Assembly (NCBI GenBank): GCA_015680685.1 | Contig: MNCI01002379.1 | Span: 566,780 to 630,779 of the forward strand | DNA from: Gnetum montanum | Lineage: Eukaryota; Plantae; Gnetophyta | DNA length: 64,000 nt | Direction of reading: 5' to 3' | Shown here: one piece after another, positions 12,405 through 24,237 of the stretch | Layout of the letters: each line of letters starts with the position of its first letter | Numbering within the stretch: position 1 is the first letter of the stretch | Made by a program: the position numbers and the translations under genes | Notes under the pieces: model-generated | The model's input: only the letters and a program-made list of their open reading frames with translations | What the model was told of the DNA's origin: nothing | The model's database searches: none

Positions 12405-13625
12405 GAAGGCTTTGCTTGGAAGAGGTCTCCCCCAATTAAGAAAGTTAGATCTAGGCCAAATTAACAAGTAATCAACCATGCGTGTTAACCTTCGATGTTG
12501 CCAACGTTGATGATCAATGTTGGGTGTCAAGATTTGATAATTTGGAGCTTTCTAAGTGCCTCATGCAATCTTCTCCTTTTTTTCCACACTAGGCATGGTG
12601 GCCCCAACATGGATAAAAGGGGGATGGTAGTTTTGTGCCATATTTGACCAATTTTAAGCCTTCTAGAAGCTTCAAAGGGTTGTAGTAGGGTTTAGGGGTC
12701 ACCATACATGAAGAAATGGTCATTAGATCATCAATTTAGTTTATTTTTACTTCCCCCCATCTATCCATATTGAGGGTGAGAGGCTCAACATGGAAGAAGC
12801 TTCCCCCAACATAGCAAACACCAAATCCTAGATTTTGACTACTTTTAACGATGTCTAGTGGGATTTTGAGGCTACAGGAGGTGTTTGGATGGGTTGTAGA
12901 TCATGTGGGGCCCATTTTGGGGTCAATCTTATGCTAGATGAGTGTTGGGAGGTAAGAGTGAGTGTTACTCGCATTCTTCCATGCTAAGAACTACTGCCTT
13001 AGCATGAAAATTGATGGTTTTTAGCCTTGCTCATGTTTTACCCACTTTTGGAAACCAAGGGTTGAAAAAGGAAGGTTTGGGTTACCAAAAATAGAAAAAT
13101 ATTTGTAATTCTAATGAATTTGTAAAATAATAGAAATGGTTCTATGCTAGTCATGTATTCCTTGCATAGATGCATGGGGTTAAGGTTGGCATAATATTTT
13201 AAGTGTCAAAATTGGTAAGAATCTTAGCATTGATGCATGTTTTGGTTAAGAATGAAGGTGTAGGATGGGTCCCACAATCAAAAATTTTAAAATTTTGAAA
13301 AGTGAAGTTGTTTCCCATCCAAAACCAATGTGAACTAGAATTTCCCCCATTGCACTTCACTACATTTGTTGTTATGGTGCATTGAATTGGAAGTTGGGGT
13401 TTCAAGGTGGACGTTTAGGTTTTAGATGAGTTTTATATGATAAATTTTGCAAGTTTTGATGACAACTATCATTCCACAGCAATAGTGCATTGGAGAAGAT
13501 CTTTGGAAAAAGTTCTTGTGCTAGCCACAACCAATTCCCAGTGTGGAAGCCTCCAGTCTCCCTTGTAGCCAACATAGAACTCCTATCTTCTCTTAGTCTC
13601 CATCATCCTAAGCATTGAGCCTATC

Positions 13626-16600
13626 ATGGTGCCCAAGTAGTGAGGCAAAAAGAGCAAAAATCCTATGATATAGAGGATGGATGAAGGTGCTCAGGATTTA
13701 GAAGAGGTTCCTAAGCTCATCTCCATCTGGTCTTCTTCTGTTACTGCTCCAAGGTAGGTAGTTCTACCTATTTTTACCTTTGTTCTAAGGTTTTATTTTT
13801 CATGTGTTAGGGCCATTTTTTCTATATCTACTATGGTGGAGGGATTAAAATGGAATTTTGGTGAAATTTTACCTCCTATTTTGGCCATTTCTACATGGAT
13901 CCATAGTTGTTTTGTTGTTTTAGCTTTTGTAGATTTGATTTTAAAAATAGAACTTGATGTTTCATGTTTTTTTTTTCCAAAATCTTATGGTGTGGCCTTT
14001 TTTTTTTCAGATTTAGGCCTTAGGATTTGTTAAAATTAAATTTTGACAAAATCATACCCCATTATTTTTGAGTGGATTTTAATGGTTTTGGCTATTTCAG
14101 CTATTTCCATGACTATATGAAATCTAGGTTATAAGATTTTTGAAGTTTTGACATAAAAAAGTAAGCAAAGTTGTATATTTTTTGTTGGTATAAAGGATAC
14201 ACACTTGTAAAATTAAATGTTACGGGTTTGTAGCCTTTTTTTAAAGCTTTCCAATGGCTATTTTCTCACTTAATTAGATCTTGAAATGAAGAAGGTATGA
14301 CTATTTTCCTAACATTGCACAACTATATTGTTTATGCCACTTTTGTAATTTTATGTAATTTTGCAAATTTTTTCTAACTAAAGGAAAAAGGTTTTGGGTA
14401 TTTTCTAGTCATGGCTATGTAGGCATTGGCTTCAGTTTATAGCGTGAATTAAACCTTTGTAGTTGGAACTTCCACATCATAGATAAAAAGTAAAGGCAAA
14501 CATATATCTTCTAGTATTTTATGTTTCTAAGTGTTTTATTACTTTTCTTGGTTGTTGAAATTGCTCATATTGACGCTAACCTTTGGTTATTGCTTCATAG
14601 GACCTTCCACCTCAACTGATGTCACTATACTACTTTCACATTCATGTCATGAGGACATCATCATTCTAAAGTTTGGTTATGTGACATCAACATAGGATAG
14701 GTTCTTGGATACATTTAAGTGAACATCTAGCATGTAGGTTTGCTCAATGTATTCATGGCACCTATCCCTTTCATTCCTACTACAAAGATGCTACATGTCA
14801 TTGAATTCTTTGATAAGAATGTTGGTAATTTTATCATCTAAGGTGTTAAGGTAAACATGGATGTAGGTTTTGGCCTCTTTTGTGACTTGTTTAGTGTCTC
14901 TACTAATGGGGCAAAGGTTCCCACCAGGATAGTAAGGGAATTGGGACATCATGAAGAAGTCCTAGAGTGGCTTGGTGCCAACATGGGCCACTCTAGAATT
15001 TTGATGGATTTCTTCACTAACCCTAATGCAAAGGATTCATATCCTTTGTTTAGGTCTTGTTAATTTCCAAAACTACTATTAGAAAAGAAGGTAATTGGCC
15101 TAGCACAAGGATGGATCTTTTAAAAGGTCTTGATGAAAGACATTAGATTTGATTAGATGACCACTTTGGCTACTAGGTTTTGAGAGGAAATCCTTAGACT
15201 CCATGTCAACACCTCTATGATAATCCATATGCACTTTACATTTTTTGTAGGTTATCTAAAGATGTTTGTGAAGTTTTGGGTGGTGTATAGGAATGGACGA
15301 TGGATTTCCCATGATCCAAGCCGACTTTCTAGGCCATGGATAAAGTACATATATACAACAATGTAGGCCAGAACTTTCCAGAGGGGATGGATGATACTTT
15401 ATTCATTACCACTAAGAATCTTGATGTTAGGAAGTATGAGTCTCCTAATAGTATTGATGATGATGAGGCCCTATTATTTCCTACTAGTATCTAGGATTCT
15501 AGATGATGAGGCATGAAGGCCGAAGGGATAGCTAGAAAGAAACTCAAGAGGCTTATGGAGGAGGCACCCCTAGCATCAAATCAATGTACCCCGAAGAAGC
15601 TTAAGTTTAAGCTTAAGCCCTCATAGTAGGAAGTCATAGGTATCCTTTGTTTAAATTGGCTATTTCATATTTTAAAATTTTGTGGCTACTTTATGATTTC
15701 ATGTGTTACCCAATTTTCTATGTACTATGGTTATAAATAAGCATAAGGTTATAGCAGCCCAAGCTACTATAGAGTTAAAACAAAGGTGTGTAGAAGAGGC
15801 ACTTCTAAAACAACTGATGGTTGAAGGATTTTTTGTGATTTAAATGCCTTGGTTGGTGAGGTGGTACTAAGTACCTCTGCCATCATTATCCTAGAGGAAG
15901 GAGAGGAGGAGGAGCTATGTATGCCTATGATTTAATATTTTTGTTATATCTAATTGGTTATCATTGGTTGTCATTCTAACCTTTCAATGATTGTTATGCT
16001 TACAATAGTTCTTGAATCATTAGCACTAGCTTCCATCCCTAAGTTTCATGTGAAACCATGGGTAGAGACTCTAGAAAAAGTGGAGTTCTCACATGGTATG
16101 GCTAAGGACATCATCGATTGGTTGCATTAGGTTTCACCTGAGATAGGTAAGGATTTTTTTTTATGTTGTTTAGTCATGGGCTTTTCTTGCATTATGGCTA
16201 TCTTAGGTTTTTCTTATGGTTGTATTTTGTGCTTGTGTAATACCCTCCTTGGAGTGGGATCTTAGTAAAGACATAGAGATAGACTCCTTGTCTAAGCTTT
16301 CCTTTGATGTATCTAGTATACCCATGAAGTTGTATGAGACCAGTACTGATTTAGTGATGTCATGTGAAAAAACTTCATGGGAGCTAAAGAGGTCCAATGA
16401 ATCCATGTAGGAGGAAGTTGTGCCCTTAAGGGAAAAGACTCCAAGATAGTAGGACATGATTAGAGATCTTTGAGATCATAAAGCCTTTGTGGAAGCCCAA
16501 GTGACTAACTCAAGGAAGTTATGGACTAAAAAGATCACATGGGCTTGCTATTGGCATGTTGTTCAGGAAAAAGTAGTGGTCCTATGGGAGATGGAAGAAC

Positions 16601-17230
16601 AACATATGTAGATGCATCTCATCTTCCAAAAGGTTGAGGACTAGAAGGATCATTGCACTTAGGTCCTAAAGTGGGGAAAGATAAAAAATTCCCTCAAGCC
16701 TCAGTATAAGGCCAATCGTGGGGCCTACCTAAAGGGGCTTAAGGAGGAGTTAGTTGAACGATGCAAGAGAGAGCTATTCATTTAGGGGATCTAGGTAAAG
16801 AATTCTCATCAATGTTTTGAAAGTACTATCAAGGTGGAGGAATCACCTACTTTTTAGATCACCATGGTTGTAGGTGAGACCTATACAGCTACTGCTACAC
16901 ATGAGCCTCCTACTTGGACTCCTACAGAGAGGTTCAACATTCTTTCTAGCATTAATCTTGAGGATGTTAACTAGGTCACCATGGTAGAGGACTAGATCCT
17001 CCATTGTTTGGAGGAAGGCCTTTTCCATCAACCCTAGAAGTAATGGAGCTAGAATCTTCCCAAGTTTGATATATTTTATGTTTTAGTCTTTGTTTTAAGT
17101 TATGATTTTGACTATGGGTTACTAACTAGCTATATGTTGTTGCATTTTAGACCTTAAGAGACACTAGAGGCCCTAGTGGTGAGAGTGGGAATGACCCACC
17201 ACTTCATCCTCTAGATGCCACTCAATAGCC
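13626..17230 (+). pseudogene. Multi-exon antisense gene remnant inside element B, unknown protein
   Basis: Purine-rich exon-like blocks alternate with T-rich GT...AG blocks. Peptides from ORFs 14857-15063 and 16216-16410 are homologous to ORFs 48253-48651 and 49636-49902 in element C. Confidence 0.6.
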
Positions 17231-17851
17231 TCCTTCAATTTAGCTTGTTTTTGTTTTTATGTTGATAGCTATGATTAGACAAAACTATGTTATAGATGGT
17301 TGTTATTCTTTGACATTTTTGCCACATAGTATGGCCATGGCTAATTATGTTACATACATTCTGATTTTAAATTTAAATATTGGTTTTATTTTGGATATAT
17401 GCATTTATAGTAGTAGTAAATATTGTAAATGCTATAAACCTATGTTGAAGTATTTGGTTATAAAATCAAATGGCTAATCAATGTGATAATAGGCTAAGAA
17501 AAGAGAGATATAATAATAAAAGGGATGTTTGATAGTTTTAGGCTATTTCAAACCAAATTTATATAGTTTCACTAGTTTAAGGCCATTGAAGGCAATATTG
17601 CTAGTTTAGAGTCTTAGTTGACTATATTGCCAATTTAACATCTTAGTAGATGATGTCTAAAAGAGACATTTTTTTCAATGTTAAAACATAAGTGAAAATA
17701 AAGAATGGTTGTATCAAATAGGTAACAATGAAAATAAACATAGGCTACATGCATAGGCTACTTGCATAAAATAACAAAGATATAATAAGCTACAATAGAA
17801 AAGTAAGGCTTTTTAGCTATCAGTGCATTTGGTCATAGGGACATGGGAAGG

Positions 17852-20800
17852 TTAAGGTGAATTGCACTTATGTAGAATATTCCTAATATTTGAAAGATTA
17901 GGAAGTGAGTAAGGCCTATTTTGCACAAGCTTGTATTCACCATCCCCTTTGCTTACAATGTTAAAAGGGAGTTCATCCCATAACATATTCCATTGCTTAT
18001 CATTGTCATCATTGGCTATCTTAGGCTTTTCTTTCTCATGGCTAGGAGCTTCTTCTTGAAGTTCCACTTCAAAGCCTTGTTCTATGTCTATGTTGTTGAT
18101 AGCTAGGGAAGCCTAATTATCACCATGAATGATGATTTCACCTCCCTCCTAAGGAAGGTGAATTTCTTGATGGACAAGTGAGGACATAGCTCATAACTAA
18201 GCCAACCAAGGTCTTTTAAGAATTAGGTTGAATCCTAGTGTCTCTTCCACCACCAAGAAGTTTGCAGTTGTAGGGAATTCTTCTCTGGCTATAAAATCCA
18301 AAGAGATAAATCCCTTGACAGTAGCTCTTGATCCATTGAAATATTTGAGAGTTGCAATGGCTATAGGTTGTACATGCTCAGTTAAGCCTAAGCATTCAAT
18401 GATGGTGCATGGGATGACGTTGGTTGCAACTCCATCAGAAACATGCACCTACTGTATTTTAAATTTTCATATGTGTATGGTTATGAATAAAGGGGCTATT
18501 TTCACTTTGCAATTTTTGGGATTAACCTTAATTTTGCTATTGTGAAATTTTAAGGGTGTTGACTTATCCTTCCCTAGTGAGGGAAGAATCATTATTGCAT
18601 GAATGAATTCCTTGTTAGAGGGAATATCCTCACTAATAGGTATGGAGGTTAACATTTTGACCAGTGTTCCATGTGGAAGAAGCCATGATTAGGTCATATA
18701 ATCTTAGGGTTGTGTTTTTCTGCTTGAGGGATTACCTAACGTGGTACATTACACTAAGGAAGTTTTTTTTGTTGGCCATGGGCTTGTCACCCCAGTTGTG
18801 CTTTACTTCCTCGATGCATCCCAAAATTTGAACTTCAACTTTAGGCATTGGCTCATGTTACTCTTTATTTTTGTCTTGGTTATGGACTTTGGTGTCCTCT
18901 TGTGGCTTGTTGGTTAAAGGGGTTGGGGCAAAGGAGGTCATAGGTATAGCCAAAATGGGAATGGGCTTCAGTGGTTCCATTTCCTTTCATTCCTAAATCT
19001 ACCTATCTTCCTTGTTATTAGGCTTTTGCTTATGCTTCTTCCTTTATTTGGTTGTTAGCCAATTTTTGTAAAGAAGAGGAAGTAGCATTGGCTACCATAG
19101 GAGATCATTATGTAGTTGGTTGGCCTATGGCTATTTAGGTTGTATTGGGTTGGGAGACCTTGATGACAAAAGGTTCCCTCAGAGGCATTCATGGTGGTAC
19201 TATCACAATGAAGGGGGATCTTGAGCTATGGGAAGTTGAAGAAGCCCTCTCATTATAGAGGGGTGCTTGAATCATGAATGATTCCCTTGTAGGTCTCTAA
19301 TTATCATTGATGTTGAATGTTGAAATAACATAGGAAATATCATTAGCATTCAATGAGCCTTTTTATACCTACATTGATTGGTTTTGTAACTAAAATAGGT
19401 TAGAAGCATCTAAGACTAGTTTCCTCCTATCTATCATCCTTTGTAGGTCATCCTTCAGTGCAAGGCAGAAGTTTATATTATGACCAGGTAGTTGATGATA
19501 ATGGTAAAAGTGGTCTAGATTGAAGTATCTAGGAAATTGGAGATCATCCTTCATTACCCAAGTGGGATATTTGGCTATTTTGCATAGTCACTTGTGTTTC
19601 TTTTGAGTAGCTTTAGTCATTTGTTTGTATTGCATGTGACCACTTCTTAATAGTTGTATTAGTAACTCAGATGGTTTTCATGGTAATGTGGTGTATTTAG
19701 ACCTATCTTTCCTTTCAAAGTTAGGTATAACTTTTGTCAATGTAGTCATCCAATAGGTTGATAGTTCGTTATTGCAAATATTGGTGGGGGCCTTGGGTGG
19801 GTTGACCTTCAACCCTTAGGTCATGGTCTCTGTTTCCTTAGTTACAATTGCTATGGTAGTGCTTCTTTGTTTTCTCTTTTTTCTATCTCTTTGAGTATGC
19901 TAATTTTTATATGATATATAGGCTAGATCATGACTAGCCTCTGCGACATCCTCTATTTTTTTAGTTTGTGAGAATTCTTGGCTAAGAGACTATGGATTAA
20001 GGTAGTAGATTTTTGACTTGATGAAGTCATTATCTGCTTCCTTGAATATGGCTAACAAGTGGGCTTTGGCTATGGGCTCTATTATATCTTTTAGTATTCC
20101 ATTCCACCATTAAATGAATTTTTGTATGGGTTCTAAGGGCCCTTGCTTAACCTTCAAGTGTTGGTGAAGCATTGTGTTAGGCTTCAAGCTATAGTTTAAG
20201 TAGTTGAGAAACTAAGCTACTAATTCCTCCAAAGATGAGATAGATCCTCTAGGCAATGCCTGATACCAATCAAGTGCTTTTCTAGTCAAATACATAGAGA
20301 AAATCCTCATGATGGTATGAGGCCATGGGTGCAAGAGAAAACATTTAGATCGAAAGGTAATAAGATGAGCATTAGGGTTACCTTCTCCATTATATTTGCT
20401 AAACTAGGGAATGGGGATACTAGGAGGAAGTGTTAAGGGTGGGACTACAAGACTTATGGGATCATCCTGGTAGAAGTTCATAATCTTGACAGTTTATGTG
20501 GTAGAGGCTTTAAGCCTCTTAAACTCCTCTATTAGGTCTTGGATCATTTGGAAGGCTTGATCCAAGCCTTGAGATGGCCCCATAGGTTGAAGGGTTTGTA
20601 CATAAGGTTGTGGCATTTGTTGTGAGGCTTGTGGTCCTATTATAGGTTGCATGATAGAAGGAAAAGGTTGTGTTATGGTATGGGCTTGTGGGACAAATAG
20701 AGAAAAAGATGTTTGTGCTAGTACCTAAGGCACAAATGGGACAAATGGGTTGTGTGACCCCTATGTTGCTTAGAGTCCCATGGCAAACCCTGCATGAGTA

Positions 20801-21420
20801 GTTAATGGATTTGTAGTGGTAAAAACCAGCATTGATGATTTTATGTATTGAGACTATGTTGCAAATGACATTGATGTGCTCTAGTTAGTTGCTTGTGGCA
20901 TTGTTTGAGTGTGATTTGTAACTAGAACTAGTGTGGGATCTATTGTAGTAGGGTAGGAAGGAGTGGAAGATGGTAGAACCATGCCCATGGAAAAAAAAAG
21001 CATTAGGGGAAGGTTCTATGACTTTGGAGGATGTTTGTTGGAATAGTCCTTCAAGGATGTTTTTAGGCTTAGATTTTGCCTTAAATTCATCCTCCTCTTC
21101 CTATTTTTTCCTAAAGGTAGGCTTGTCATCTTCCTCTTCCATGGAAATAAACTAGGCTAGGATGCTAGAATAGATGTCATTAAGAGGAATTTCTTCATAT
21201 AGGGAAGGGATGTACCCTTTCCAACTCTTATGTATGAGATCAAACTCCCTTTTAGCCTTGGCTTCAATTCATGAAATTAGCATGTATACCTATATTTTGG
21301 CATAAATGAAGTTATAACAATCTTCATTTATGACTAAAAAATTATGACTCTCCTATATGATCCTCAAAGATTGCCTACACTCTATGATGGTAAGGTCTTT
21401 GGGATATTAGACTGTCATGG
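17852..21420 (-). pseudogene. gag: gag-protease of element B, decayed
   Basis: Gag core YNGEGNPNAHL...ALDWYQALPRGSISS at ~20200-20470; YHQLPGHNINFC knuckle at ~19470-19510; protease end FLVVEETLGFNLILKRPWL (ORF 18197-18448). Many stops. Confidence 0.8.
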
Positions 21421-22637
21421 CTTGCCTGAGGGTGAGGGGCAATTTGGTGGACTTTTGAAAAGACATGGTTATAGTGCTAAGGATTACTTAAAAATGGGCT
21501 ATAAATGGTAAAATAGAAGTAAATTATAGTGAATGGAATTCAAAAAATCTTAAAGGAAATAAAAATGATAAAAAATATACTTACTATAATTATTAAGTGG
21601 GAGGTAAGGGGGTTTTACTCCTTTACCAGAAATGGAATGTTGGAGATGTTGGTTTCAAACTTCACCCTAGTTGGCCTCCCCAACTACCTCTATGATGGGT
21701 ATGATAGGGGCAAAGGTATGATGCTGAGATAGTGGGAATCTCACACCTTCTTATTTTAACAATGGTGAGAGGAAGGAAAGTTTGAAGACCAAAATGGAAA
21801 CTTGGGAGTTTTCAAAGATGGTTTTAGCAAGTTGCCAACTTTTACCCAAAAGGAGGAAAACGTAGGGTTGGTTGGTATGGAAATGAATGTTAGTTTAGTG
21901 GCCAAAAAATATGGCAGCAAAAATGAAATGGTTATTAAGGCTTCTATGTTGGCTTTGCTTTAGAAATTCATAGAAGTGAAATTTTAGCACAAACCACTTG
22001 CAACTTCCACACTGAGGTTTCTACTATAGGGAAGGTAAAGGAAGCATTGGATTCCTAGGGAGTTTTGGCCTTAAAAAACTAGAAAATGACTTTCACTTGT
22101 AATAAAAGTATATCTAGTCATTAAATTGGTTTCAAACATAACCAATGCTAGCCTTCGAACTGCTTCGACATTGGGTATGGCAAAATGGGGGGAGTGAAAG
22201 GGGGTGAGATGATGGAAATCTTACACCTACTATCGGGCGCGGGGGGCGAGGGAAAGGCTAAAAAACAAAGTGGAATGTTGGTTTTTTTCACTAAAATTGG
22301 TTTTAGTCAGCTGCCAATTTTCTCAGCTTGGAAAAGTAAGGGGAAATCCAAATCACAAAAGAGTTGAACCACCCACTTTAGAAAGTACAGAACTAACTTT
22401 TGACAGTAAAAAGGAAAAATAGTGGGAGGAGATATCAACACTAGATTTGGGCTGTAAAATTGAAAGTAAGTGTTATGAAAAACTAAAACCCAACCACTTG
22501 CAACTTCCATGCTACAATTTTTGTCATAGGGGGGAAAATCAGCATTGATTCTTCAAATTCTTTGGCTGCAAAAATTAAGTAAAAGCTTGCAAATGGTAAC
22601 AAAAATAATAGATTTGATCATAGAATTTAGGTGAAGG

Positions 22638-22654
22638 CCCTCCTTCTAATGCTA
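22638..22654 (-). promoter_or_regulatory. Primer binding site, tRNA-Asn type (degenerate TGGCGCTAGAAGGAGGG)
   Basis: Minus strand TAGCATTAGAAGGAGGG, 8 nt from the LTR end. Complementary to the plant tRNA-Asn(GTT) 3' end CCCTCCTTCTAGCGCCA (sequence recalled, not searched). Confidence 0.75.
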
Positions 22655-22662
22655 AGAAAAAC

Positions 22663-24237
22663 TATTACAATCAAAAACATCAATAACTAGAAGAAAACCA
22701 AGGATCCTTGGTGTAAGCAGTTCCCAAACCCCAAATCCCTAGGGCCTTTGTGAGAGAAATGGGATTTGAGGTATCCTAGCCAGTTTGGTAGATCAATCAA
22801 AAACTTATGAGATGTGAAACATGGAAGTATAAGAAAATTCAAAAAATTGCACAAAAAAATAAGTTTATTTTTTTACAAAAAACTCAAGACTTAAAACTTT
22901 ATTGAGAAAGAATAAAGAATAAGTTATAGAAATGTGTACAAATGATGCCTCGATAAGCAAAAAAGGGGTTCACTTATGCAAGAGTTTAAAGACTGTTAAA
23001 GCTGATGTGATCTACTCCACTATTCAGGTACTAAACCACTCTTGATGCTATCAATCCTTCCTTCACTACTGCAACCTCAGATCTATAAGTTGGGTCGCTT
23101 TTGAGTGGTGAGAAAGGTGGAAAACCTGGATGCCAAATTACTCCACGCTAGGGTTTGGAAATTCTAGAAGTGTAGTGTTGACACCAAAAATCCACCAAAT
23201 CTCAAGTCCATAATGCTTTCATGTTGGGGTATAAGAGAATGCATGGGAACTTGCAAGAGCTTTTGAGTGCTTGAAAATTCCCCACATGTGGAATTGTGTG
23301 TATGAAAATTGCTTGATAATGATGTCCTTGCTCAAAATTTTGGAACCACCAAAGTGCATGAATACCAGAAATTACTAAACTTCCTCAAAGATTGCTAAAC
23401 TTGTAAATGGTGTTGAAGGCTAGATTTTATAGGATCTTTGGGCCATGAATGGGGCTACAAATTAGCTACAAATTTGATGGAAATTTGTCGCAAATTGGCT
23501 ACCAAATTTAGGTGAGATGGGTACCCAAGTTTTGGGGGTTACTATACATAGTAAGTGTTTTCCTCCATGGCTATTTCATTTACTATAAATAGTAACCAAG
23601 GCACACCTTCCACATTGAAGATGAATCTTCCACACTGAGCTCTCCACCATGCTTGGTGAAGTGGTTAGTCAATGTTGAAGTGTATGAAGTGATGAATTTT
23701 TAATTTTGTAGCTTCCATGCTAGGGGATTGAATTTTCCACACTAGGAATGAAGCCTTCATGCTAGGGGAAACTTCCACGCTGAAGGAGAAAAGTTTCTAG
23801 GCTAGGGAAAAACTTGTAAATTGGGGGAAAAGTTTCTAGGCTGTCGATGTGGTCTCCATGTTGAAGGAAATTTTTTTTCAAAACCCCCACTCTTCCATGC
23901 TAGGAGTAGGTAAGATCTACCCCCTTGCATGTGTTTCCAAAGTAGAAAAATGTATGAACCCCATAAAACCCATAAAATTTCCCTTTTTGGCATTGCAAAA
24001 GGCATTTTTCACCCCCTCGCAAGCCCAAATATAGACACTAGGTGACTTTTTTCACTTGGAGAATGAGGATTTAACCACTTATGAGGCATTTTTTAGCCCC
24101 AAAAGTATAAAATATGTGAAATTACCCATTGTGGATTACAATTTTCACATTTACAATGAAGTTTTACCTTAGGTTTCATGGGATGGAAGCTGCATGATGA
24201 AGATTAATTATAACATCCAAAATTTTGTGGTGTTTCA
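22663..24237 (-). repeat. 5' LTR of element B
   Basis: Minus strand starts TGAAACACCACAAAATTTT, the same terminus as the A LTRs and close to that of C. It ends next to the PBS and is similar along its length to LTR 29076-30496. Confidence 0.85.

Larger units (their letters stand above)
1..24237 (-). mobile_element. Element B: Tat/Ogre-like Ty3/gypsy LTR retrotransposon, 5' part (pol and 3' LTR would lie left of the window)
   Basis: 5' LTR 22663-24237, PBS 22638-22654, gag-PR remnants ~17852-21420. Positions 1-400 align by eye with 35170-35560 of element C, i.e. the sequence just upstream of RT. Confidence 0.8.

Noticed and set aside
13626-17230. Independent host gene
   Set aside because: It is full of stops and occurs at the same position inside two retrotransposon copies.
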